A stretch of DNA of 64,000 bases from Antedon mediterranea. Lineage: Eukaryota > Animalia > Echinodermata. Below, one piece after another: positions 39,701 to 49,098 of this stretch (position 1 is the first letter of the stretch; the number at the start of each line of letters is the position of its first letter). The notes under the pieces were generated by a model that saw only the letters and a program-made list of their open reading frames with translations, had not been told where the DNA came from and did not search any database. A program made the position numbers and the translations under genes. The DNA is taken from contig NC_092679.1 of NCBI RefSeq assembly GCF_964355755.1, positions 10,709,432 to 10,773,431 on the forward strand. Reading direction: 5' to 3'.

Positions 39701-42700
39701 CAACTATTTCCAATATTTTGTTTTGTGATGGGTCTGATTGAAACAATTTTTTTAATTCTAAACTAGATTCTAACCAAAAAATGGGGAACAAATTTTAAGT
39801 TAAAATTGTTGAATATTTATGTTACATAATTTTTTCTTATTGGTTGAATAAATATTACAAAACGAAACATCCAAAAATAATGGTTTCTACCATCCCAAAG
39901 GATAATATTAATGTATACAATATTTATTCGAGCCAAACTGTTCCATTACCCTAACAAAATTGTAAGAGAAGGCTTTTATGATATATTAAAATAAAATATG
40001 GTCTAAAAAAACAACCATTGTTTGTTTTTAGGCTATTGCTCTCTGTACAGCGGTAGCCTATTTTTATTGTCAAAAATTTCATTTCTTCTGCCCATTTTTT
40101 GTTGGTCACAGATCTCGAAAACAGCAATAGCAGTTATGTTGTAACTTGACCAGAAGATGCACGTATATATGTAGTTGTGCAACAAACTTTGGTTGAATAA
40201 AAATATGGTCGCATAGCGTAATTACGCACGATTTTCTGAAATTCTTAAATTGACTATAAAAACTAACAGCCTTTTTCAAATGAAACTTGGACACACGGAT
40301 GCTTCATGCCAAGGGTCATCTTTCTGTATCATCAGCAAAATTTCGAACATTGGTTTGAAAATTAAAAACATTTTATGCATTTCACATTTAAAAAAAAATG
40401 TTTCCCTGCGCGTGTGCTTTTGCGTGCTTAGCTCATAAGCAGGTTAGACAGACCGTTTTTGCACTTGATTGTTGTTCTTTATACCTTTGTTCCTTCAATT
40501 TTGGATGAATTATGAATGTAAAATAATCAAATTTTGTGTGCCTAAAAATGGTTAATTTTATGGAAATTTGTTTAAAAATATGCCTATTTTGAATCGATTA
40601 TAGCTCTCCGGGATGGCTGGTGACCCCCTATTTTTTTCACTTATTTTAAAGGGTAATGAGTTGTAGATATGAATTCATGTGAATTTAGACCGTAATTATG
40701 TTATGACGTCATCATATGGCCATCTGAATTTTAAAAATTGGATTTTTATCTCTTTCGGCACAGTTTGTCACATTCAATAGAGCGCATATCGCGTAAACAT
40801 TATTAATTTTCTTCCAATTTTCAATAATGTTATTACTTAAGCATTCTCCTCCAAAACTTTATTTTTATTTTGAAAATGTCATCATAACATGGGTGGTGTA
40901 AAATATAAACTACCCAATACAGTCAAATGTTAACGCTTGTTGGACGATTTTGATCGATGCTATGCTGTTTGTACAATCATTGTGGTGCAGCTTACTGTAG
41001 GCTAAGCCTAATAATAAGCATCTGTATGTTACAATGTGTTGCGCAATAGCCTAACTCGTCACCGTGACAAGTTCAAATCTAGTAATTATTTACATGTCTA
41101 ATTCCGATACCTATAGTGGCTGCCTCAATAATTTTTTTCTTCCACAAATCCCATAATCTTGATTATGACAAATTTTCGTACAACTTTCCTAGATCAGAAA
41201 TGAATCTGAAAGGTCATCGGGATAGGATGCATTTTCGAGATATAAGGGGTCAAAGTTCAAAATTGACTAATTACAACAATGTATTACATTTTGGTCTTTT
41301 ATTATATTTTTATGATTATAGGTATCTATTCAATCTTATGAAAAAAAGCCTTCGTGATTAAGGGTCAAATGTCAATATCAATATTGAACCTATAAATCCA
41401 AATAAAAACTAACATTTAACATAAAATTTTATGTTTTCTCATCCTGATAATCATTCATACCATTACTTATTTCTCCATGTTCGTACACAATGTAAAAGAG
41501 CATATTTATCATTTGATTTGTTGACATACTAGAAGGTCAAAGGTCAACATTTTAATATGCGTATTAGGTAGTTGCCAAATAAATGCAAAGTTGTTTAAAC
41601 TATGAGATCAATGGTTTTACTAGTAATCAAATTATTTGATCAGTAAAGTTATGTTATTTCATATAATTTTGATTAATATAATTATTACTGTAATTAATCA
41701 AATCAGACCGTGAAATGTTACGCTGACCTTAAATAAAATAAATAGTTAAAGCAAAAGATTGGTCAAAACATGGTTGCAGGCCTTTAATTTTCATGTTGAT
41801 GCAATAAGATATCTGATTGATCTTCTCTTTAATGTTAATATATATTTTTTGTTCAATTATTTGTTTAGGTACTCGGATAACAATTTACCATTTTGCACAA
41901 ACTGGCTAGTATATAACTAGGTATTCTCAGTTATTGTACACAACGTTCATATTACTGTCCAACGTATCGACTACAATGATTACAACAAACCGTAAATAGC
42001 CTAACTTAGATATCAAGGCGCGATGTACATACATAACAGAGACCTTATTTTATTGTAATACATCAAAAAACCTTTTCTTACAATTTTGTTTGGGTTAGGC
42101 CCTACTGTATATTTTCATATCTATATTATCTCTTACTACTGAATATGTACAGAACATCATTCTAGGAGTGCATGCATAATATACTTGTACTCAAGTGAAA
42201 CACATTATTTAACAAGTAGTATACTCATCCAAGGCAGTGTAATATCACAATTTTAGACTTTCACAATGAGAAATCAGTTTCTTTTTCATTAGTTAATATA
42301 AACATTAAAACAAACATTTTATTGTTTTAGCCAAGATACAGTAATATCAATAGTGGAAAATATGATTTGGAATTGCTACCAAAATTTAGATAAAAACAAC
42401 AGTATTGAAATAATATGAATAAGATAGGCCTAGTACACCTTACTAATACAGCATGACGTACTGCTCTACTTTTTTTTATAAATACAGGAAATGTTGATGG
42501 ATCTTTTAGTATACAAAGAAGGACCAAGACTACGCAATCACTTAAGTCATGGCGAGATTAATTTTTATCAGGTTGATAAGGAAACTGCTGATTTTGTGTT
42601 ATACGTTTGTTTATCATGGGCCTGTTTGTTTCTGAATACAGACTTTACAGATACAAAAACAGTAAGCAGTTGCATGATTACCATATGGCACTTTACTATT

Positions 42701-45268
42701 TCTATTGTAGGATAATACAAAATATAAATCATAATATTCTACATTGATTCCGGAGGTCTAACTGGTATATTGCAAAACAATTTTCTTACATATTTTTTTA
42801 ACCATTAATAAAGATGAAAATTTATCCCATTAGACCCATATAGTATTTAATTTTACATAAAATCTAGTTTGTGATCTTAAATTAGATAAAAAAAAACGTA
42901 GGAAAAGTGTATTTTTTCTCTTTATTTCTCATAAATGATATGTTATGATATCATCATTTGTTTTGTAGAATGGAATGATGGAAAAATTAAAAATTCATGG
43001 ACAAGACTATAAATCAATATTTCATTACAAGGTTGTCTTAAAAAGAATGCTAATTAAACTGTTTACGACTTTGAAAAAATGGCAAGGTATTGAACTTCCA
43101 ACCATTGACCAACTTATTTGTAAAAAGAATGCAACTGATGATAAACTGAATGAAATGCTGTCACAAGTCATTCAACAAATTGTTAACAACTTCACTCAGT
43201 TGTCTAGTGTAGACAGGTATAGTTAAAAACCATTATTTTTAAATATAATGCAAAATTATACAAAACATTACGGTAATAATAAATCAAAAAGAAATTAAAC
43301 TTTTTTTTGAGTTAATTACGCTGGCTGTTACAACCGATAATGTAAAAAATGCCAGCTAATGTCGAAACAACCGTTAATGTAGAAAAATCCACTGCTAATG
43401 TAGTCAAACCTCCAGCTTATGTAGTAAATACAAAATTAACACCATCTAATGTAGAACTGTCAACAGCTAATGTAGTTGCTATTGCCAGCTAATGTAGAAA
43501 ATATATATTTTACAAACCTATGTCTGAATCATGTGCAAATACATCTCTTTATTTAACTATCAGTCTATGCACCTCTCGTAAGCGACCAACTTTCTAAAAT
43601 GACCTTACAAGATGTGGTCGATTATGAAAACGGGACAACTAAGAGAGGTGGTGTTCCTTTAAAAGAGGTAGTCACTTACGAGAGGTATGGTCGTAAGAGA
43701 GTGATGCTTAACAAGTTTTTTTTTTCCTTAAGTTGATTTATTTTTAATATTGTTTATAGATTACTACTCGCAAACCATGATCTGTCTACACTTGAGATTT
43801 TATGTGAAAATATATGTCTGTCCACACTCTTTCGACCAAAAATTGAACAAGAGGTTACAACTATTTTACAAAAGATTGTACATCAGTCTCAATGCATATC
43901 AGAAAATATTTTACAAATTACAAGTTTGCGATATGAACAATTATCAAAAAAGGAACTTCGTTCAAGGCAGAGAAAAAACTACAGCATACTTATAAGCAGG
44001 TACTGTTTATCATTCTCACATTTCATTTCATTTCATTATTTATTTGGTCTATTTAAGTATATACTAAACAAAAAAAACTGAAATTGGGGAGACCAGGATC
44101 AAGTGAACTTAATCACTGTAGCTGAGCCGGTTGACCCAACCCCAAAGTCAGTTTACACATAAAAGACATAAAGACAAAATACAGTTACAGCGAATCAAAA
44201 TGAATATGAGGAGAAGAGAAGCTATTGAATTCTTAGAATAAAAATGTTGTACAACAAAATCAAACGATTTAGTCAAATAGTATGTTGATCCAATAATTAA
44301 TTCATGCAAACTTTCAGTTTTAATTAACGGAACCTTCTTGATTCTATTTAAAAAAGATTAAATTCACAAATCATTTTAATGTGATCGATTTTTAAAAAAC
44401 AGGTTCCCTATTGATAATGAATTACTTGAATTGAAAAGTTTTAATTTTTTGATTTTAATCACAGCAAGAATAAATCCGATAACTGCCAACTGTTGATATA
44501 ATAATCCTATGTAAAAGGACTTTAGAATCTGCCACAGTTGGTATTGCATATTTAACTATAAAGTATATTAATATACATAATGTATGAAACTAGAACAAGA
44601 TTTGAAGATTATAAGCTTTTGTAGTTTCAGTAATTTTGCTTTTATTTTTCTAGTATTCCTACAATTTTGAATGCCTTAAATCTTGTCAGTTTTATTGTTG
44701 TCACTGAACTTTATATGTCAACTAATCTACCAGATGTAACATTATGTGATCAACTGTATCTAATCAAGTAGGTTTTTATTCAAAGACTATTGACATTTAT
44801 CATCTATCATTCGCTATAACATTGAAATGTTTAGAAATCCTCCCCTAGCCTTGAAGTTATCAATAATTGAATTAAAAATGAATGGAATTGGGGCAGGGCA
44901 TTTTAACAGAGTTAGTCCAAAATCCATTGTGTTATAAGACTTCAGGAACTGAAATACAGTACTGTAGTATAATTGAAGCTGCTATTATACATAATCCTAG
45001 GTGTGCATTCAATGGTAATACCTCGCTATTTGTTTCTTGAATAAATACTCTACTTCAGAAATCCTTTAGAAATCCTCCCTTACGATCAATGTAGTTAACA
45101 CATTTGTTGTTTTTTTTTATATATAGATTTCTGAAACAAGTTTTACAGTTTACAGAAAACATGGCAACGAATACATCAATTGAGCATAATAAATGGAGTG
45201 AAGGGCTAACACTGGTTACTTCATTCCTTAAGAAAGTCACTAATTTTTATGAAAAACAGAAGTTTTAA
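6618..45268 (+). CDS. ERMARD: ERMARD / C6orf70 orthologue (DUF4209 family), 15 coding exons, about 644 aa
   Basis: Exons 6618-6756, 6951-7099, 7400-7501, 13869-13958, 17672-17769, 20406-20539, 32613-32727, 36889-36991, 39097-39114, 39317-39385, 42488-42661, 42969-43216, 43760-43999, 44654-44767, 45127-45268. All introns are GT-AG with compatible phases and the total is 1935 nt. Peptides [52 protein letters not shown] and NKWSE are collinear with human ERMARD as I recall it. Confidence 0.93.
6951..7099 (+). CDS. ERMARD: ERMARD exon 2 (DLDQLPPDY...HLQWTGQPE)
   Basis: tatgcag| acceptor, GAG|GTATTT donor; matches the DY..V..L.PVC and QWT..PE pattern. Confidence 0.9.
7400..7501 (+). CDS. ERMARD: ERMARD exon 3 (VFYECFDVL...LERAMGD)
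   Basis: attatag| acceptor, GAT|GTAAGT donor, 34 codons. Confidence 0.92.
7700..8835 (-). mobile_element. Possible decayed L1/Tx1-type LINE fragments
   Basis: Minus-strand [17 protein letters not shown] resembles the IWxxRN motif of L1 ORF2 C-termini; a P/S/E-rich stretch at 8376-8831 resembles an ORF1 tail. Weak. Confidence 0.3.
8954..10101. mobile_element. Truncated copy of a PHIS-type (Pangu-like) MITE, interrupted by a solo LTR
   Basis: Near-identical to 20893-21012 and 24283-24519; ends ...AAACTCCCT|AAT. Confidence 0.75.
9109..9895 (-). mobile_element. Solo LTR (787 bp), Gypsy-type 4-bp TSD
   Basis: ATAA|TGTCGTGG ... CCATGACA|ATAA; the empty site is visible in the paralogous MITE near 24315. 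Strand is tentative, from a minus-strand AATAAA. Confidence 0.85.
10150..11165 (+). mobile_element. Decayed Ty3/Gypsy gag-protease fragment
   Basis: Zinc knuckle [21 protein letters not shown] and protease-site remnant [13 protein letters not shown]; frameshifts and stops. Confidence 0.8.
11880..13830 (-). mobile_element. Decayed and rearranged Gypsy element (PBS, gag start, RNaseH/integrase scraps)
   Basis: Minus-strand TGGTGTCAGAA PBS at 13700-13710, gag-like [45 protein letters not shown] and [11 protein letters not shown]. Confidence 0.72.
12190..13045. mobile_element. Foldback element with about 300-bp imperfect inverted arms
   Basis: 12255-12553 is the reverse complement of about 12631-12915; repeated GGCGTTATAACGCC palindromes; about 55-bp direct repeat at 12193 and 12986. 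Confidence 0.7.
13869..13958 (+). CDS. ERMARD: ERMARD exon 4 ([30 protein letters not shown])
   Basis: ttttgcag| acceptor, GCA|GTAAGT donor, 30 codons. Confidence 0.92.
14976..15710. repeat. Minisatellite, 88-bp unit, about 8 copies, each unit a hairpin
   Basis: GATTCCA recurs at 15063, 15151, 15239 and onward; unit contains CCTGCCCTGACGGATGACAAATAA-loop-TTATTTGTCATCCGTCA..ACAGG. Confidence 0.95.
16450..18640 (-). mobile_element. Old LINE (CR1/L2-group) remnant with 2A-like motif and APE start
   Basis: [13 protein letters not shown] followed by [14 protein letters not shown] and TTETWLK (APE motifs) at about 18030-18220; the part below 17850 is very decayed and its boundary is approximate. 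Confidence 0.6.
17672..17769 (+). CDS. ERMARD: ERMARD exon 5 ([32 protein letters not shown])
   Basis: ttcacag| acceptor, AT|GTTAGT donor; contains the DUF4209 signature NLRN..WHGF. Confidence 0.94.
20406..20539 (+). CDS. ERMARD: ERMARD exon 6 ([16 protein letters not shown]...KQTTT)
   Basis: ttcaatag| acceptor, CAG|GTATGG donor; phases fit both neighbours. Confidence 0.88.
20739..24519. mobile_element. PHIS-type (Pangu-like) MITE with ATT TSD, split by a Helentron-derived composite
   Basis: ATT|AGAGAGGTTTCGCAATCTTACAAATACGATAACGAAAACGGATACGTCA ... TGACGTATCCGTTTTCGTTATCGTATTTGTAAGGTTGCGAAACCTCCCT|ATT. Confidence 0.85.
21013..24283 (-). mobile_element. Composite of non-autonomous Helentron-type elements (DINE-1/HINE-like)
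   Basis: CTAG end with hairpin and subTIR ACCTCCGCC/GGCGGAGGT; (AAAC)n microsatellites; nested unit about 21659-22334 with subTIR ACTTGGCCAA; about 960-bp tandem duplication starting at 22335 and 23294. Confidence 0.8.
25666..26570. mobile_element. PIF/Harbinger-like MITE inserted in the LINE ORF
   Basis: TAA|CGCC...TTTAGTCGTAGTTCGA and TCGAACTACGACTAAAGGCG|TAA; removing it restores TLIDKIAPM in frame. Confidence 0.85.
28419..31533 (-). mobile_element. Helentron-derived non-autonomous element with a related element nested at 29915-31457
   Basis: CTAG end, AATTCGTCA/TGACGAATT hairpin, subTIR AGGTGATC; the inner copy has an AACTCGTCA/TGACGAGTT hairpin and subTIR AGTTATCCGC; both sit in A-runs without TSD. 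Confidence 0.82.
32613..32727 (+). CDS. ERMARD: ERMARD exon 7 ([10 protein letters not shown]...[12 protein letters not shown])
   Basis: tgcacag| acceptor, AAG|GTTTGT donor. Confidence 0.88.
32948..33578. mobile_element. Kolobok-like non-autonomous element
   Basis: TTAA|AGCCCCATTCCCTAC ... GCAGGGAAGGGGTCT|TTAA; a fragment of the same end occurs inverted at about 42830-42905. Confidence 0.78.
33870..36581. mobile_element. Long-TIR (about 430 bp) non-autonomous DNA transposon with internal repeats
   Basis: TACTCTAGTAG...GATCAACTTTC at left mirrors GAAAGTTGATCTCGCTACTAGAGTA at right; flanks give a GTA (or TA) duplication; ORFs 33887(-) and 36393(+) are the two arms. Confidence 0.82.
34621..35803 (+). 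mobile_element. Helentron-derived element, same family as 29915-31457
   Basis: 5-prime GGTTATCCGC..GCGGATAACC palindrome; 3-prime GCGGATAACC, AACTCGTC/GACGAGTT hairpin, CTAGT. Confidence 0.82.
36889..36991 (+). CDS. ERMARD: ERMARD exon 8 ([17 protein letters not shown]...[10 protein letters not shown])
   Basis: tgattag| acceptor, GAG|GTAAGA donor. Confidence 0.92.
37002..38640. repeat. About 300-bp inverted repeat pair (37002-37302 and 38325-38640)
   Basis: For example TTACTTCTAGAATTTTTACTCGATGGTATATAAAGTTGGTTC and its reverse complement near 38560-38600. Confidence 0.9.
37304..39039 (-). mobile_element. Helitron-like non-autonomous composite
   Basis: Minus strand starts A|TCTATATATTAATGC and ends with hairpin GGTACGCGAGCGAAGCGAGCGTACC then ATTTAG|T. 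Confidence 0.55.
39097..39114 (+). CDS. ERMARD: ERMARD exon 9, 18-nt microexon (FSTFDE); alternative start 39095 would frameshift
   Basis: T-rich tract then TAGAG, TTC AGT ACT TTT GAT GAG, and a strong GAG|GTGAGT donor; corresponds to the TTFDQ/E motif. Confidence 0.65.
39317..39385 (+). CDS. ERMARD: ERMARD exon 10 ([23 protein letters not shown])
   Basis: tttttag| acceptor, ATG|GTATTT donor, 23 codons. Confidence 0.88.
40026..41083 (+). mobile_element. Helentron-derived element, diverged relative
   Basis: subTIR GGCTATTGC / GCAATAGCC, hairpin AACTCGTCAC..GTGACAAGTT, CAAATCTAGT end. Confidence 0.75.
42488..42661 (+). CDS. ERMARD: ERMARD exon 11 ([25 protein letters not shown]...)
   Basis: aatacag| acceptor, ACA|GTAAGC donor, 58 codons. 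Confidence 0.94.
42969..43216 (+). CDS. ERMARD: ERMARD exon 12 ([19 protein letters not shown]...SSVDR)
   Basis: tttgtag| acceptor, CAG|GTATAG donor, open frame. Confidence 0.87.
43323..43500. repeat. Short tandem GCCAGCTAATGTAG array, probable transposon terminus
   Basis: Repeated CAGCTAATGTAG; an inverted related fragment lies at about 36735-36797. Confidence 0.6.
43760..43999 (+). CDS. ERMARD: ERMARD exon 13 (LLLANHDL...[11 protein letters not shown]...[14 protein letters not shown])
   Basis: tttatag| acceptor, CAG|GTACTG donor; the true frame differs from the ORF listed at 43750. Confidence 0.92.
44020..44420 (-). mobile_element. Probable LINE 3-prime end
   Basis: (TTTCA)n tail and minus-strand AATAAA next to a GC-richer stem-like UTR segment. 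Confidence 0.4.
44654..44767 (+). CDS. ERMARD: ERMARD exon 14 ([20 protein letters not shown]...YLIK)
   Basis: ttttctag| acceptor, CAA|GTAGGT donor. Confidence 0.88.
45127..45268 (+). CDS. ERMARD: ERMARD terminal coding exon ([12 protein letters not shown]...NKWSE...EKQKF stop)
   Basis: atatag| acceptor, TAA stop at 45266-45268. Confidence 0.92.
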
Positions 45269-45489
45269 TGGCTTTTCGATTACAAATAATTGGATATTAG
45301 ATTATTATTGGGTAAAATGACGGAATTTTGAATTAAGTAATAATAGGGTTACAAAGATGGAAAAAGTTCACTGATCACTTGGCCAAGTCTCTCGCATTCA
45401 AACACTAAGTGGGGAAGTACTCGTTCATTGGCTAAGTTCCAAGTATGATCAAACATTAAGAATGATTTAATTCTGTATATCAAAATTTC

Positions 45490-46000
45490 AATATAAAATT
45501 TATTGACAAAAAGAGAGATCGACGTTTCGGTGCCGTCATAGAACCATTTTCAAGATCAAGTTAATACAAAACAATAATAATTATGTGCACTCAGCACCAA
45601 AGTTGGTGACAGGAAATGCTAATTGGGGGCTAATTAAGTAATTAGCTCCTCCTACTGAGTTAGATAAACAATTTAGCTTTGATGGAATCCAAAGTGTAGG
45701 TTTTATCTCTTTGATCCACAACATCTCCTTAATTAGGCAATCAAACTTATTGTTACATTTAGATAAGACTCTAAAGTATTCTGAGATATCACCAGTTATG
45801 CCATGAGGTGATTGCCTATAGTACTTTTGTTATGTTCATTAATGCATTTGTAAGCGTAACCGACATAGTTTGCATCACACAAACCACATTGAAATTTGTA
45901 CACAACGCATTGTGAATTAATGATTCTGGGTTTCATTTCTTTTGGTTTTAAGGTGTCCCCTATCTTACGACTAGTAAAAAAATACTGGTAAAATATCATT
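45490..46000 (-). mobile_element. Penelope-like element 3-prime fragment (GIY-YIG endonuclease)
   Basis: CVVYKFQCGLCDANYVGY...INEH...IGNHL and DCLIKEMLWIKEIKPTL, then the terminal motif CTTGAAAATGG...CCGAAACGTCG. Confidence 0.85.
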
Positions 46001-47377
46001 TTCAATCTTCGCACTAATAAAGTATACGAAGAGGCGGCTGGTGCCATTTCATGGATGCACATTCATTAACTCACTAAAGATGACTGTGCCTTTCTAAATA
46101 AAACTTTCATGTGCTTAACATTCTGTCACAGAGATTGTTGGCGAAGGCTGCAGTAGCTGTCAACGGTAGCTGTTAACAGCATTTGCAACCTATGCCGAAC
46201 GGTAGATGTGAGTGTGTCACTGCCGATCGAGGACAGTATCGTGGTGCCATAACAAAATCTTGCCGATAACCGACCGTGTGCCCAGTAATTTCACTGTATG
46301 TTTGTTGTGTTGTCTGTTGTCATTAATCATAGGTAATACATTGTATATACAGTATATTTATACTGATTTTCCAAATAACTTCAAATCAACTGATCCTATA
46401 TAATCAATGCAATTGAATTATTATTATTACACATTATTAAGCTATGAATCTTCATTCATTCGTTTTATTTGGTAAAAATCAATATTGGAAAAAAAACAGT
46501 CATATAAAATTAAAGTAAAAATTGAATGTATACATATAGGTACATTATGGAAAGTTAACGATGGTTTAAAAAAAAATGTATTTCGCTTGAATTTTACTAT
46601 AATATATTCCTAAAAATCACCAAAAAACACAATGCACTTTATTTGTATAATTTTAATAAGTTGAAAAGTGTTTTGAGTTTGAGTACCAATTCAGCTCATC
46701 CCACAATTAATCAGACTTTGATAGTGTGTCAGGAACTCGATGGGAATCGGCACTTACCGCATGCTGAGGAATCTGTGAAATGTTTATTACTCGACGTGCA
46801 TGATTAAAATGCTATAGTGCATAGGAGTAGCAGTCTAATTATACTTTTCTTTACTTAAGTTCTACGCATGTCTTGTCTTATGGGCCTAGATATACTTTTA
46901 TAGACGAGTGCATCATTGATGTACTCATTATAATACATTTGTTATCTATTTGTACATTATCTACTATTTTAAGGTTTAATATTTCTTTGAATTATTAGAT
47001 TTTAGGTGGTATTGTAGGCCTAGTGTGATTTGGATTTTGGAGAGCCACATGGATAGTGCATGGGTGTTGGCAATCCACATCATAGCCTACTCCACCCACA
47101 CATGTCTATGGTACATAAACATTGAATAAAATAATGGAAACTATATTACTAAAGTAATGCAAAATATTATCAATGCTACTGTAGGTTTTGGTGGAAATTT
47201 TAAAAAGCAGACTAATTTTCGATCAGTTTATAGATTATTATTTATGCAGTAGGTAATGCAGAAAGTATGACAAGACTATTAGGTAGATACTTATTTAACG
47301 CATATGCATGTCAATATGACACGCATACGCATGTCAATATGACACACATACGCATGTCAATACAGTATAACATTTAA

Positions 47378-47695
47378 AGATGTATTGTCTCCCAAAAACA
47401 TGAAAAATGAAGATTAATTTAATCAAAATTTGAATAGGTTATTTTGTAGTTTTAATAAAGTTAATTCCTTCCCTAAAAAAAATGTTTTCTCGTATAAAAT
47501 TGAAAAATAAATGGTCAAATTCAACTAAAAATCGTTTTGACTATTTTTTGCTTTAGATTACAGTTTTTTTCAGGTAAATAGATTTGTTTTCAATTCAATT
47601 TTTGTTCCAAGTGGATAACTATTATGTGACATTATAATGGCATATTCAAAAACAATGATTTTAAAAAAATATTTTTTCAGGGGGACAATACATCT
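47378..47695. mobile_element. Kolobok-like MITE
   Basis: TTAA|AGATGTATTGTCTCCC ... GGGGGACAATACATCT|TTTAA. Confidence 0.78.
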
Positions 47696-49098
47696 TTTAA
47701 ACATTTATTTTGATTAATATTAATGACAATTTTTCAATTATGTCTACATTTTCTTGGGTGTTGTTTTAAAAAAAATTATAATAAAAAATCGTATATTGTA
47801 CATGTCGATTATATCTTTTATCAAATGTGTGGACCTTCTCATATTGCAGGTGTTATGGTATAGATGTTTTTGTTTAGTTATTGAGAACGTAACTTGAAAA
47901 ACTTTTCTTATCGTTTTAAACAAGACTTGATGTTACATAATAAACCTGTTGTCCCATATATTCCAGACATTGTTTAAAATGTTTATTGCAAAATATATTA
48001 ATGAGATAGCAATGCACGCTCTGACCAAACTAGGCGGAGCTTAGGCCTATTCCTAATAAATTATCTTGATTGGAGAATGAAATTCAGATGATCATTTATG
48101 GTAAACTCTAATCAATTTCAAGCATGCACAGTTAATTTTATGTAAAGTTCATCAAACTGAAAGTATTGTAGCTGTTTATATGCTGGTTAATTTCAGGATC
48201 TACCAATACAATGTTTTAATGAAGTATACCTGGTATGTTAGGATTTCTGTACATTTTATGTAATATTTCATCGTACAAAGGAAGATTTGTTTTAAAGGAA
48301 ACACATTCTGGAAATGTTGAACTTCCAATTTGAAGAAACAATACTCAATGCATTGTGTAGTAGATTGGAACCAAGTGCCGTTTATGTATTGCCAATTGTA
48401 CTTTCAAAGTAGTTAAGTGTATACTTGGTAATTTACCATTATAAAATTAAAAATTGTAAGTTTGAAACTGGGTTTAGCTACTTACTACGAAATTGATCCG
48501 ATTTTCCTTCTACTCTGACGTAAATTGAGAACACTTACTGGTAATAGGCCAACATCTGACCAATTACTTAACTCCCTGACGCAAAGCTACTCCACACTAG
48601 TTAAATACAATTATCATCCTGTTGGTGCAGCCCTCAAATATTAACACGCCGTCGTTTCAGCAATTCTGGATGATCCTTTCGACTCTGTGAATATGTTTGA
48701 GCGCCATTTCCATGACGGAGTTTCTTCATGGCCCGAACCTGGAAAATCAAGAATCAATGCGAGTACACGCGCCCGATCCCCTTTTTTCGTAGTGTCATTA
48801 CCGGGCCAATTAGACTAGTGGGAGGTGCCATTTTATCAAGAATGTTATGTGCGAGAGTACAATTTCCAAACATCTAGATTTTAGAGGTGCATTAAACTAA
48901 AATCGCTTTGTCACAGGGGGACGCTGATAGCAAGCTTGTTGCCAGTGAACTTATGTTTCCCAAGGTCAAATGGCTCGGGGTTTAGTCCTACCTGATGCAA
49001 GAATTATGGATACTGTTTTTATAGGTTTCTCAAATAATGTTTAAACTTATCTTATTTATTGTACAGGTGATGAAAACAAGCATAACAGAGTGAACATT

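Noticed and set aside
48197-48232. 5-prime UTR exon of the GPCR (tttcag|...|gtatgt)
   Set aside because: Splice-like ends alone are too common in AT-rich DNA to call without transcripts.
48450-49000. L1 endonuclease remnant on the minus strand
   Set aside because: Only scattered short motifs (LDVW, TRID) in different frames; too weak to list as a feature.
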